A stretch of DNA of 64,000 bases from Atractiella rhizophila (taxonomy: Eukaryota). Below are positions 13,158 through 26,800 of the stretch, piece after piece. Within the stretch, counting starts at the first letter, position 1; every line of letters starts with the position of its first letter. The position numbers and the translations under genes are program-made. The notes under the pieces were generated by a model that saw only the letters and a program-made list of their open reading frames with translations, was not told the origin of the DNA and did not search any database. The stretch lies in NCBI GenBank assembly GCA_021432655.1, contig MU271226.1:62001-126000 (forward strand), given 5' to 3'.

Positions 13158-13164
13158 TTTTATA
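13158..13164 (-). promoter_or_regulatory. Putative TATA box of ERG25
   Basis: TATAAAA on the minus strand about 95 nt upstream of the ATG, followed by a pyrimidine-rich tract. Confidence 0.5.
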
Positions 13165-14927
13165 GCTGCTTGTTTTCGCTGGAATCGTGTAATGTGATTG
13201 GCCAGCCCCAAAATCACTCCTCGGCTGATGCTGGCCCACAACTATTGGAGGAAACAACAATCCTGCTCGGAATCTCCAGAGCACCACCTTGACCATTCGT
13301 GGATACGATGTAAGCCATGAAGCTTATGACTGATGTTATTGGCCGAGAAACGGAGTGTGAAGCCGCTTTTCCAGGGAGAACAATGGTGACGTGCTGCATG
13401 AGCACCCATTGGTGGAAGGCAAAACGCCAGTGGGGTTTCAGGCATGTCAGGGCTCTAAGGAGGCGAGACCAGCAAACAGAGGTGTGCTGTTCACTATTTC
13501 ACTTGAAGGGAACGAGCGCCTCTTCGTTGGTGTTCTGACATTGTCTAAGAACGTTCCACAGAGGGTATGATAGCCTTTTCTTCTTCCTCCCCAGCATAGG
13601 ATAGATTATCTCTTATGCATCGAAAGAGATTTGTTCACTTTTACTTTGTAGACACCTACAATGATAGGAAAGACGAGTCCACTTTGACATCCAGGTGTTA
13701 TCTTCTTGAACATTGCTGCGCTTGTGAATATTTGCGCACTTGAGTTCAAAACTTGGTTTGTCCCTCGTTTTCGATAGAGATCGTTGCTTTCAGCTCAAGT
13801 CTGCACCTTGTATCCGCAGTCTCACTATTGTCCTATTGCGAGATTAAGTGAGAGGAGAGTTGATTTTCAGTCATAGCGCTGCAGCCCAGCTCTCATTTAT
13901 CTTTGGCTTTCCTTCATAGACACGACTTCGTGCGCCGTATTCTTTCTAGAGATCTAGTGAGGTTTGAGGTTTGAAGCTTGAGGGCTTGAAGTGTGACAGC
14001 AATGCCGCTGCGACGAAGTGGAATGGCCCCTAAAAGCTACAATTCTACCTAATCGATCACGAACATCTCGAAAGTTTCTTCCTCCAAGTGTTTACTTTAC
14101 CAATATGGTGTGTCTCTATACGATGGCAAAGTCCTCCGATTCCGGAGCGAACCTATTCTCGAAAGACTGCCGTCGCCGCCCCAGAGAAAGGTCAGGCTTT
14201 AAGGGTTGAGAAGAGACCGTGAGTGGGGATTGGGCTTCAGTCGTGGAAACAGAGTGAGCGCGACAGCACAGAGCCGCGCCTCGTCCAACTTTATACTTGA
14301 TGGGGAGAAAGGCTTGCACAGAATGGATGATGAACTTGAGCGACAGGAGGAGAACGCATGAAGTAGGGAAGGCAGAGAATCCCTCTCTTGTCGATTGGCA
14401 CGATGAGGGTGATCTGGAAAATCCTCAGAACTAGCCCTTTGCGACGAAATGAAATCGTTACAGGTGCTATCATAACGTTGCCTTTTGCAGTTCATTGGGG
14501 TTCTGCGATCTAGTAAGTGATATTTACCCTCCAAACTCGTAGTTTGAAAGCAACGCTTCTTACGCTCGTGCCTGGCTGGAGCGCGTGCTCTCTCTTCTCA
14601 TTTTTGCATCTCACGGACACAATGCATCCTCATGCATTGTTGAGTAAACCCACTACTCGTGCGCGATTCCTATGCAGACTGTCCACTCGCGCGTCAGTGC
14701 ACTCGCTAGAAGCGCACCCTACTTCGAGATTGCTGACATTGGCTACGCATTTTGTCCCTCTTGATACCTTTGTCGCTGGCCAAATGCGTAGGTCCAACAA
14801 AGGTTGCCTTACAACTTGAAGGAACATGTGTCCTCTCACGAGACCCATGCACTTTGGCTGTTTAAAAGCCATCTGTCTCACGTTTTCTTTCACTTCTTTC
14901 ATAAATCTTAAAAGGAGCACACTCAAC

Positions 14928-15628
14928 ATGCCCATCATCGCTTCTCCTGCCTCATCTCCCTCCCAATCCCCTTGTAGAAGCAGTCTCAAGCGGAAAAATT
15001 CCGAATTCCTGAGGTCGGCGAGTATGGATGGAGCCGAGTTTTTAGCCGCCAAAGAAGGTGTGTTCCTCCTATTGAAGGGTCAATTTCGAGAGGTAGAAGT
15101 CCTCATGTCTGATCTAGCCCCGTATTTTATACCTTTCCCCTCGTCAAAGTCTTGGGCGGAAAAGAAGTATAGGATAGAGGAAAACAAAGAGAATGAGAAG
15201 GTGAAGAAGGGGTTAGTGATTTTAGAGAGGATTAAGAGACAAAAATTAGGTTTAATAGATCAGCGCAGTATGTATCTGAGTAGCTTGACTTAGCTTCTCA
15301 CTGCTCCACTGTTTATTTGTAGACCACGATGATATCGGAGCCACTCGAGGTGATAGAGTGGACCTTGAAGGCACAATACGGAAGCTTAGATTGGCCGAAA
15401 GAAAGAATCATGACGGAGCTGAGGGTGATGCATGATATTCGGTTAGATAGCAGTTCCTATTTACATACAATTTCAATCCTCAATCGCACGTTTCCCTCCG
15501 ATTCAGTAACAATTGTTTTTGTCGTAATTCCAAGGATGAGAGCCTCAGAGAAGACAATAAGCGTCATGTTTGAAGCAGAAAGTGAATGCTGCCTGCACAT
15601 AGACCTGAATTGCTTGGGAGAACTTTGA
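14928..15628 (+). CDS. Hypothetical protein, 2 exons
   Basis: MPIIASPASSPSQSP... ORF, intron GTATGT...TAG (~15268-15322), then a second ORF to TGA at 15628. No recognised domain. Confidence 0.5.
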
Positions 15629-15713
15629 AGCTTCCTTGAGATAGATGGCCTAATGTGATAAACCAACCAGCGCATGGCAAATCAGTGTTGATGTGCGAAC
15701 CAGAGGATAAATG

Positions 15714-17314
15714 TCAAAAATTAGGAAACACCCATTTCACTGCAATTCCCTGTTCTTCGGCAACTTTCATCAATTCATGACAGATTGCCACGCAATCCGA
15801 CCCGTAATAACCTTTTAGACAAAGACTTCTAAGGTTTCCTGGTAGCTTGGTGAATGTGAATCTCCAAAGATGCCGATCAAGGAAAGGGCCGAAACAGCTG
15901 TTCAAAGTCAGACGTTGTAACGTCGGGGCGAATGGGCCAAACACGCCGGATTCGCAATCCCAGACACCGAGGGTGAAAGATTGAAGCTCCAATATTTTGA
16001 GGTTAGAAATTGCGTTCAAGGTAGGATATAGGCTGGGCGATAAATCTTCACCTATGATCGTATTAAGACATGCTACCGAATGGAAAGTTCGAGCAAGCCT
16101 CAAAATCTCGAGAGAATGTGCTAGCTCCCTCAAAAGCTCTAGAAGTAGTTCTGGTCTGAGAGTGTCGTCCACGGCGACTTCGAGCAGGCGAAGCTTGAGT
16201 AAGTTTGTATGCGGCGTCTTAATCTTCAATCTGGATCTGAGAAGAGCAGGCAAGTTCATCCCAAGCTGCGTCTTTGTATAGCCGGTTGCCTGCATTCGCA
16301 TAGCTCTCAAGGAGGGAGGGAAAATGAAGAAGGGACTGTAACCATCATCATAAATGGAACTCTGCAATGCGATAGGTGAAGGTAGGTCCAAATATTCGCC
16401 TTCTTCCCATCCCCTTTCCTGCCAACCAACGCCCAAGATGTCCAGCGAGCGAAGGTATCTGCTATGACTGAAGCAACTCAAACAATCGTATGTTGGGTAT
16501 AACCCATTGTCGAATATCATGAGGCGCTGGATTGGGATAGTTGTCCAAATGCTAGACACCAAGGAGTCAGAACCCACGCCATCTAGAAACCGCACGAAAT
16601 CTGAGAACGCTGAGAAAACCTTGAGATTCGAGCAGGTAACAAGTAATCGGATGAAGGACAATTTTTCAATTGGACTATTGTGTTCTGCGTGGATCGCAAA
16701 TCGTAAGTGCTGGACCATTGGTGCGAGAGATGGATTACGATCCAGAAAATTAAGTAAGTAGTGAATGTCGCGACAGATGCGGAGAACAGGTGGCGAGTGA
16801 CATAAAGCTCGAAGAACCTGGACGGGTCAGTGTTTGCAGTAATTAGGTAAAGCGTAAATGCTCACAGCAGGAAACAGCGCTTTTGACAAAAAAAGCAGCT
16901 GGAACGTGCCCGAATTCCATTCAGGGATGACGAGAGACATGATAATCTCACGGATTTCCTGAGGAAGACTTTCGAGGAAGCACAGATGCTGACAGCGCGA
17001 GTCGCTAGCCCCTGGTTGTTCCACCGTCGCGAGAATGCTTGATCGAACATCCGTCGTCCTATAAATGATCATCTCGATATCTTAGACTTGTATAGAACCA
17101 CCTACTCAGATTTTCGCGTATTTTGGACGTGTTCTGTTACATCAGACTTTTGATCCTCAGTCATTAATTCCCAAGCATTCTTCCAGAAATCGTAGCCTTG
17201 CCAGTCATCAATTCCAAAACCTATTGAGGTGTCCAGATTGCGAGTGGACCATTTTATGAACAAATGCTTGACGAATTCTTGCAACTCTTCCCTTGCTTCG
17301 TCAACGCTTTCCAT
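15714..17314 (-). CDS. F-box-like / LRR-like protein with N-terminal helical domain (paralog A)
   Basis: Three exons, introns 17059-17105 and 16818-16865. F-box-like LESLPQEIREIIMS, then a long exon with LxxLxL repeats (LRSLDIL, LEILRL, LKILEL, LQRLTL, LRSLCL). Confidence 0.7.
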
Positions 17315-18155
17315 GGCGCAACTGCCTAGTGAACAATGCTGAGTATAAATTGCGATAACCAGATGTTTGCGAACGGTTCAGGACGTGATGTTATGATCGT
17401 TCGTGTAATAGTCATCGAAGGTTACACGCGAACAGTGTTATTTCCGTCCGCCTGCTCAAAAGTTGAATAAAGATGGTTGCATGGCAGGTCTAGACGTAAA
17501 GCAGCAGATTGACGACAGATTACTTCTCTAACTTGCACTTTCTTCGGCATACACCCACGAAACAACCTCCCCTTTGTCCTGCTTTTCTGTTGTCCTCGCG
17601 TATCTCGAGAAATGACGCAGGACCTGGTCATGGCATGTTCCGCGGCACCAAAGAGGAAGAAGACATTGCTCCGAGTGAACTATGTAGACCAGTGCAGCAG
17701 ACTTGGCGCCAGATCGTTTTCAAGCAAAGCGATGAATTACTGGGAACTCCAGTGTACATTCCTTCAGAAGTTCACATCATATTGCAGTTCCAACCTGAGT
17801 AAGCTTGACTGGTGGCATCCGGTTTAGGAGTCCAGTGGGATATACATATAGACTTTAGACAACAGACCACCACAAATTGCAGGGAACAGCGAAACGCGAA
17901 TCGGATTTAATCCAATATAAATATCTTATTTGGATAGCCACAGTAATATACCTCACTGACTCAAGTTGTATCAAGGTGTGTTTTGATGCTGCGTGAGGAC
18001 AAACAGGCCCTGCTGCAGGAGGTACAGAGGCCAACCGCCTCCAACGCTTCTTGTCGTCCTAATATTCCTCACAAATATAATGCGTCGATTCCCTCCACTA
18101 GCTCGCCAGAATTCCCCCTCGACATCAAGCTCTGCATCATTCTAACTTCTCAGCC

Positions 18156-21100
18156 ATGTCCCATCCATCTCAGCCATGTCGAAACTGTCTGCGCACTGGC
18201 GCCGCCTCAAGCTGTTACTTCCTCCCACGGCTCTTGGACGGCCATGGGAGAGAAGCGTGCGTCCCCTGCATGGGCAGAGGGATCCAGTCTGTCTTTTCCC
18301 GCATCTCCATGATCTATCTAACACAGGGATCACGAAGGTGCGAGCCTTCTGATCCTCCGCCGCCCCCATTGGGCGAGCGTCTCGAATCAATACCGGGATT
18401 GAAAGACTTCCGATCCACTCTCCTCACGTCTACTAATCCGTCGACAGCGACCCAGCAAGCTATAGCTCCACCATGGCTGACAACAGGCAAGTCTCGGTCG
18501 GGTGGTAACATGGACCTTTCACCTCTCACCAACAGAAGTGGCGTGGTGCCACCACCACCACCGCCTCCCTCTCCACCTCCTACTTCACCGTTTCCAAACT
18601 CTCTCAGACTCGAGAACCGCATCTGGACCTCCTCCACCACAAGCCGTTCAGGTCCCCCTTGCCCTCTTAACTGGACAAGTCGATCGGGAACTATTACAGC
18701 CCAATCAGAGGCTGAGAAGGGTCCTGGAGAAAAACGGATACATCTTGACTCGCAAAAGTACTCCGAGTTTACAGTATCATCCTCACCTTTACATAGGTGG
18801 AGGTGGAGGCGGAGCGGGGGTCGGATTGTCTGCTGCTTCTACTCAGCTGTTGGAGACCACTTTGAGACAGAGCTTGAGTTATCACCTTGTCGAGGAGAGT
18901 TTTCGTGAGTTCTTCCCTCCATATCTCCTACTTCGTTTATAGCGTCTGCTCATCCGATTGATGTGTAATGCAAGGAAGCAATCCCCAGCCTCTGTCTATC
19001 GTCATCTTTCCCGACTTCTTGACCTCATTTGCTCAAATGGGAAACGAACCATCGGCCATGGGAGTATTAGGAGAGGTATATTCCCCTCCCCTTCTCCCCC
19101 TCCCCCTTCCTCCCTCTATCTCGCGTCCACATCTCACATCTTATCCCAAAACAAAAGCTGACGCACCCTCGTCCTCAAACAGGTTGTCGCCTCCACCTTT
19201 CTCGTGCGTGGAAGCTATGTCACTAGCCATTCCGTACGTGCTCCACTTTTCAATTCCACGCTTGCAATTTCGAACCCCAAAACAGAGCGTCCTGGGTCCT
19301 TTAGCCCTTGGTGTCCCTCCCGTCCTCGCAGGAGACTTGTAAGTCTCATGTCACCATATTGGAACATCGATGCTGACACTAACTCACGGGCGGATGAAGG
19401 GTAAAATACGGGGAATCGCGAATGACGGTGGTCCATATTCTAGCTAAACGCATGATGGACCTCGCGAGGGAGAGAGGAGTGCTAGAACCGCCTACCTCTC
19501 TCCCACTTTCCCTGCCATCGGCACCAGCAGAAGAACGGACAGATGTGCAAGCCCAGAGCTTAGAGTTTCAGAGGGGAAAACCACGATTCGAGACCATCCT
19601 CGTCCTCGTCGAGATAGTTGGCATTTTGCTCCTCCGTTTGTCTCCCTCCACTTCCTCTTCTTCAACTTTCCATTGTCCAACGTCAAGACTGACAAGTGCG
19701 GCGAATTGTGCATTGTGCGTTAGACAGTCGGACATCCTTCCAACCTCAAAGAAGCAAAACAGATGCTCCACCTCGCTTATTGTCACTTCATTACCATATG
19801 GGACTCCCCGTCCCATTCCGTTGACGAAAAGCTGGCAATGAGGGATGAGTTGGCGCTCTTCCTCTATGGGCGGGACGTGGATGTAGCCGTGCTGAGTGGA
19901 ACCGTTCCTTGTTTGTTCGTCCCTCTTCCTCCTGCTTGGGCCATAAAGATTGAATTTGAGATGATACGTAGTACGGATAAGGACGTAGCGAGAGTGTTCG
20001 ATGGACACCGGGTGAAAGCTAAATACCTCCTCTTCCCCGACGGTCTCATGCTCGACAAGCGACCTGAAGAGATGATTGAGGATCGATCGGAGACGATACA
20101 GATGGTCAGATATTGTGTTACACGCACCGAACACTTGACAGGTTCGCTCTCTCGTCTTCTTCTCCTGCCCCTTCCACTACCCGTCTACGCGTGCACTCTT
20201 ACCCTAAATTCGCACAACAAACCACCATCAAGAACCGCAACACAACTTCCCTTCCAATCAATTGTAGATGCATCCACTGACTTCAAACACACAGCTCTCG
20301 CCTCACCGCACCTCCATCCGCGGCAGCTCTCCCTCATAGTCCGCTCGCTCTGGAACAAGGTCACTTCCGTATACGACTGGCTGGAGGCGCATCACCGATG
20401 TGCACGGCTGAACCCGCGTTATGCAGCCATGGGACCAGTAGCTCAGGAGCCGGACTGGCATGTGCCCACCAGGCTGGAGGCTGTTCGTCTCCCTTTTCAT
20501 TCTCCCGTGTCTCAGCGGTGTGGTTTCGGGTTGAGAGGTAACTGATTTGATGGGTGATGGGAATGGACAGATAGATCGGTGTTTGAACGTCTTTCGAATA
20601 CATGTCTTCGTATCCGCCTACTCCTCTTCCCTTCACTCTCATTCTCGTACAAGTCCGACAGGCATGGAAGAGGAGATGTTGGTTGAGGAGTTGGTGAAAG
20701 AGAGTGAGGTGAAGGTGCAGGAGAAGATTGGGTACATCGCCGAACTTATGAAAGAAGATATGGTACGCTCCCACCCTCCATCCTTCCCCTCCCTCCTCGA
20801 TGGATAGGAGTTGCTCGCAAGCGTAGCTGATAGAAGGGGAGGTGAAGCTGCAAGCTCCACTCGCAAACACTCTCGCCGTCGCAGTTCGACGGTTCGCCCT
20901 AAGCACTCTCGAGCAACTTCCTGGCGGTCCACGGTACCTCAAGTCCGTCTCATCTCCCCTCCGCCTTGTTTTCGTCCGAATGGGCTAACAAGATTGGAAA
21001 CCACAGAAAATACGTGCTGATGAATGACGGCCGAAGCGCGCAATCCAAACTCGAAGACATCTACTGGTCCGTCTTCCCATCCTCATTCAAAGCATAGCGG

Positions 21101-21370
21101 TCTTTTCCGCTCGCTCACATTTTGGGATCGGATAGGATCCTCCAATCCGTCTTACCCCTCGGATGGTTCTCTCCCAAATACAAAGCGTGGCGTTCAGCGC
21201 TCGAAGAGGTCCTCACGCCCTCAGCCTCTTCCAAGACCACCAGTAATTCTGTAGCAGACGGATTCTTCCGCATCGGCGCATTTGCGGGTACGGATGGTGT
21301 CGGGGAGGAGAGGGACAGGTGGGAAGAGTTAAAGGAGGGGTGGGGGAGCTGTTTGCCTGATTTGGGTTGA
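18156..21370 (+). CDS. Putative Zn-cluster (Zn2Cys6-like) transcription factor with atypical Cys spacing; multi-exon
   Basis: After the first intron is spliced the N-terminus reads CRNC-LRTGAASS-C-YFLPRLLDGHGREA-CVPC-MGRGIQ-C, followed by a Pro-rich region and long helical exons. Internal structure is approximate. Confidence 0.5.
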
Positions 21371-21713
21371 TTTTTTCTTCCTCTTCCCGACTTACCTGCC
21401 ATGTCTATGTGAATTGTGGCCGGAGCTAGAAAAATTTTTTCCGAGGTTCTGTGGCTAGGTTCAACAGGCTTAAAAGTAAACGACTGATTTGATGTGGTGA
21501 TAATTTGTTAGGTGATAGTTGTTGCAATTTGGAGCTGGGAGCAGGAGTGGATTTGAATGTTGTAGATTATTCATTTTGACAAGGTATTCCATCTTTCCTT
21601 TCGACGAAAGTAAAGCGCTTTTATTCCCCTTCCTATACGTTCTCTATGTCAGCTCTCTCTTCTACGTCTAATACAATGGATGAGGTACCTTACACCCACC
21701 GACTGAAGAAGGT

Positions 21714-22231
21714 CTAAGAACTGAAAAGCTCTTCTTTCGTCATGATACCTATCCACATCATACACATCAATACGACTCTCCCACTTCGTTTAAACCATTC
21801 AAACTCCTTCGAAAGAGAAACACACCAAGTTCCCTCCTCAACCCCTCCGTCTCCCTCACATACTCTCCATACTGTTTCTCATTCTCCACCTTCTCCCTAA
21901 TCCCCTCAAAGACCCTCACGGCCGTACTAAAGTCGTTGACCCTCCTACTAGCCTTCAAGGCCTCCTCGACCACCTCCTGCGAAGGCACCAAATCGTACGA
22001 GAAACAGTTGTTAAGACCTCGTTGGAGCTCGAATACGTCGGTGACGGTGCTGAAGAACTGTGCGTAGCGGGCGTTGAAGGCTTCGAAGGACTCTTCGGCG
22101 TGTGCTGCCGAGTATGAGCGCGCTCCCAGGGCGGGAGACGTTTTGAGGAGGATGGATGAGCTGGAGGGAAGGACGGCGGTGGAAGAGGGAAGGGCGCGGG
22201 AGAGACGAAGGGAGCGAGTGAGCAGTGTCAT
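21714..22231 (-). CDS. COX6: Cytochrome c oxidase subunit VI (COX5A family), mitochondrial
   Basis: Arg/Ser-rich presequence, EESFEAFNARY, FELQRGLNNCFSYDLVPS, RRVNDFSTAVRVFEGIREKVEN; last exon IMTKEELFSS*. Confidence 0.95.
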
Positions 22232-22689
22232 TTTGTGCCTGCTGTGCTATTAGGAAAGCTTGGAAAGTAAAAGTTGGCTGAAGCGGAAGTCGCTCTTCGT
22301 TTCGTTGTTTTTGAGGAGGGCAGGTTCACGGAAGTTGGTCGGTTACTTTGCCCGAGCTGTGAGCCTTCGAGGTCATCTGCCTGCACTTTATTTTGTTGCC
22401 GTTATGTATTACGTATTTATTGTTGCAGCTGCTTCGACTAACTCTCTGACATTGAAGCGTCAATCCAGGTACACAGCGCCAGGCCGACATCTAGAAGTAT
22501 CGCTGAAGGAGGTCATCTTCCTGTTGTTATCTTCAAATTTCAAGTGTAGCACTTCTCCGCTTCAACAACAAAAAGCGTCCCCACTCAGCAGCTTGTCAGT
22601 CAGCATTCGATATATTGACGCGACTTTCCTTGGAAATTCCTTCAAACGTCGAAGAAAGTAAACTAGTCTGAAGAGCAAAGAAAGGCACG

Positions 22690-23820
22690 ATGACAGAGCA
22701 ACTCAAGCCTTACTTCCCTACCTTCCCTTGGGATGTCTTTCCCGGCCTTCAAGGTGAGCTATTGTTGTCCACCTGCCTCCAATTCGTGGTCTCTCCTTTC
22801 TCTCATCCATTGTGAACGCTTCGACGCGACTTTGATGTCCGTGTTGACTGAGCTCAAGATGGATTTTCAACCATCTGTTCACTCCTTCGTAATTTGCTTT
22901 CTAGTATACTTCTCCGTTGGATGCATCTGACGCTTCCTGGTTTGCTGGGATCACGATGGTGGATAGAAAGAGGAAGATGCCTTCATTGTTTGAACCACAA
23001 CCTAATGTGCACCTGCAGCATGGTCCCAGTCGGGAAAGACATGATCGTGGGTCCTCTATCCTCTTCAAAACCGAACAAGTAATTTGACTTCCGTCATCAC
23101 CACAGCTCGAGAGCTACTCCATCCCAGCCCTCCCCTCAGATGCCACACTCATCCAACATCTCGCGCGCTTCCTCGCTCTCTCCGAACACCACCCTTCCCT
23201 CCTACGCGGAGGGAGTATCGACTTCCACAAATTCTTCGACGACAATCTCTCCAGCGTTCTCTCCCTCTTCCCTTCCAATAAGGAGAGAGTGATGGGCCTC
23301 ATCAAGAGTGGTGAGAAGAATATTTATTCGAGAGAAGAGGATAAAATGGTCCTTAAACTCCTGAGGAAGAAGAGAGGGTTTAGGAAGGCGGGGCCGTTGG
23401 AGTTGAAGAGTGAGACGGTGAGTGCCGCGGAGAAGTTGATAGAGGGAAGGTGGAGCGAGATGACGCGTGAGTTTACCCAGTCTTGAAGTGATGGAATGTT
23501 GATGAAGGAACATGCTGAATGGTGGACAGACTTCGATACTCTCCTCATCAACAATGCGTTCCAAAGGTCATCCGAAGTATACTCAATCAACGAACCAGCA
23601 TTCAAGTCCGTCTTCCCCTTCTCTTCTTCTTGTCCTCACCACTGAACATTTCTATCTCACTATCCTTGCATTTGTTTATGTGTACAGGCTAGTGTACGAA
23701 GTGAACGACATAATTGACCATTCGTTCGACTCTTGGGCTGCGGACTGGCATATCAGTTTGGAGACGACTGGGGAGGTGGAGAGGAAGCAGAGGGAGGAGG
23801 AAGAAAAGTCGAAGATTTAA
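22690..23820 (+). pseudogene. Hypothetical gene with an in-frame TGA (possible pseudogene or null allele)
   Basis: Exon from ~23106 (LESYSIPALPSD...TREFTQS*SDGMLMKEHAEWWTDFD...EPAF) stays open on both sides of a single TGA at 23484-23486, then a GT-AG intron and a final exon to TAA at 23820. The 5' exons are uncertain. Confidence 0.45.
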
Positions 23821-26800
23821 TGAATGACGTTCTGGTGGACTGTGGGATGTAAAGCAAGATTGTACAGACAAACAAGGTGTTGAAGTTTTGAAATGTGTAG
23901 CCAAGTTAGCCCTTTATGATTTATCTAGTCATTATATTCATAACAACAAGATGGCTGGCTCCCGCTCAATCAAATTCAATACGATCGACTATAGTGCATC
24001 CGAAATATTTACATTTGAACTATCTCACTTTTGTACAACATTTTCGAAGAAATGGTCCAGGCATCTCAATATATCCCTTTCCCTGCCTACCACTTACGCC
24101 TCCATTTCCTTTCCTCCTCTTCAGAATCCGGTCCAGGGGATACCGAACCACGGACAGCTCTAGTCGTACAATTCAACCCACTCTCAGGCGATGGTGACCG
24201 CTCCACCCTTTTCCCGGTTCTCGTCGCAGTCAACGGCTTCTGTGGCACGTAAGTAACACGTCCTAGACCTATCTGCTTTTTTCCGCGCCGACGCCTTCGT
24301 CGTTGGTCAGAATCTGAAGCTGAGCCTGAGAACGAAGATGTCGGAACACCGTCCTGTCCGTTTCGATCTGCGGCATACGAATATCGCGGAACGGCAATTT
24401 TGAAATTGATTGGCGCTGAACAGCCATTCAGGACTAACCGAAACGACGGGAAAAGGAAACGAACAAAGCCATTCCTTCCTCCGGGCCAAAACAACGGCAA
24501 ACTCCAAAAACCACCAAGAAACCGTGCCGCCCCGCCCAATTAAGGCCCAACGGTAACCCAAGTGGGGGCAAAAAAAAAAAAGAACCCCTACTACCTCCAG
24601 AGAGACCCGCTCCCTCATTAGACAAAGATGGTTCTCCAGACCTAGAAGCAGGAGAGCAAGTAGCTTGCTCCATCCTCAGAATCGTCCTTGATATGTGGAC
24701 ATCACGTACACAACTGGGTGGTAGTAGCCAACAGAGGCACTCCGTTGCCTGAACCAGAATATTCAGGAGTGGAAGCCTGCGTGGACGCACTTCCAACATC
24801 GATGAGCGACATTGAGGGTGCTCCTCTTCTGGACATATCGCTATGAGCATAACCAACATCAGCTCGCCGCTACTTCAGAACTGTCTTCCCATCAAAGTGA
24901 AGTAGATCGACAAGAGTGTCATGATTAAATGGACACTGCTTCATTGCTTCCAAAGAAACAGAAGAAGGAAGAACGGAGTGGCCACAATGTCAAGGATTGA
25001 CAGAGGGGAGAAATAAGCTGGAGGCACGAAGGACACCTGACCAAGAGTCAACAATTAGGGACGAACCGAGATTTCTAAGCACCTCTTTCGTCCTTTGAAT
25101 TCCAAAGTTTGGAGATATTGTCACTGGCAGCAAACCTTCTTGGTCCTTTCCGAGTTATCCTTCGCTACTATTCTGATACAGGAGATGTTGTAGATGAATG
25201 GCGGCAGATAGACAAAGAGCGGTCGCGGGCGGGACATTTAGTTCCCTTGTCGAAGGTAAATCCATTGTTCTGAAGAGCGCAGAAATGGGACAAGTGCTAC
25301 TTGTGCAGAATCAGTGCGTTTTTGACGTAATTCTTTAAGCTTACATCTCAGCAGGGACCTGAAACTATTGGCGATCTGTAAGTGCATGTAGGCAGTCATA
25401 ATGTTGGTACGAAACTTGAAGGAACCTTACCACCTTAGATTCCTCAGAATTTTCCGCTCCCAGGTTCAGCTGTAGTTAACATACAAGTTTTCTGATGGCA
25501 GAGTCAATCGAGAGTCAGTCCGGGTGCTTAAACGAGGCAACGCAAGACTACACTCGCTTATGGGTATGTTATATACTTCTCTTCAGCATCCACATGCTAT
25601 CAGAAGGGGGGGAACGAAAAGGGTTGGCGTCTCCTTACACGCCATGCTCATCTGAGCTCCCGCTAACCTTCCACAAAGTTGCTACTGTTGCATAAAGAAG
25701 CTACAAAAAGTGCTTTTGAGCATACACTGGGGTACAAATGCACAGATTAATGTTGCTTCGGGATTATTGGGTCGAAGAAATAATAGTAAACGGCTTTACT
25801 TATGACGTGCTCGTTGGAAAGCTGAAAGTTTCAGCAGCTAAGTTGGCCCTACTGCACCTTGTAGCAATCTGTTGACTCCTTAGAATGAAGAGAAAACAAA
25901 GAGAATGATCAAGTGAGATTATTGGGTTCAGATTAGAATTCTATCCCTTATTAGAATGAATGTTTTAAGCCGTAGTTGTCCAGCAATTGCCCACATCAGA
26001 CACATTTCCGTGAAAACAGAGGATATCTGATTGCCTGTCCCTGGAGATCATAACTACGGAATGGACGAAGACAGTGTAGGATCATGACAGTAATGTCCAG
26101 CAACCATTCCAGACCAATTATATAGCATAAGATAAGAAACACACCTCATACTGTCTAATGCAATACAAAACAACATTCTGCCTTCAAGAGTAACAACACA
26201 TTCACTTATCGTGAGATCCCCGCCAGTCCATCCAGTTCCGCTGCATATTGAAGCCTGAACGAGGCTTGAAATATTGAAGAAGGAGCTTGTTGCTGCTGGC
26301 TATTACAGGGATCGTCCTCATCCTTACCTCTAAAAGCCATCCGCTCTTGGCATGAGTCATAAAACGCACTTTTGAGCGCTCATACCTCCCTCAGCAGGCA
26401 CATTGAAACGAAATGAATTACACCATCTTACTGCATATGCTTGCGCCTTTCTGAAGCCGCGAGGAAATTTTGTTCTGAAGGGGGTAAAAAAATGTGTTTC
26501 ATACTGGACTCGAACCCTCCCGACAGTCACAGTGGGGTTCAAGGGGCCATGCCCCTTGCGAGTGGGTTGGGGGGCCTGAGGGACGAAGGCCTTTGACACA
26601 TAATACAGGATTCTCCATTGTTTGTCGAAATTTGGTTCACTTGCCTCCGTGCCACGAAGAAGAAGAAATAGGAGGAAGAAATCTAGGAAAAATATGAGTG
26701 GAACTAGGTGGAATGTGATAACCTTCGTTGGAGCGGATACTATTGCGAGTTGAATTTGAATGTGAGCGGACGTTCAGCTCCCCTTCTTTACTAGCCAAGC

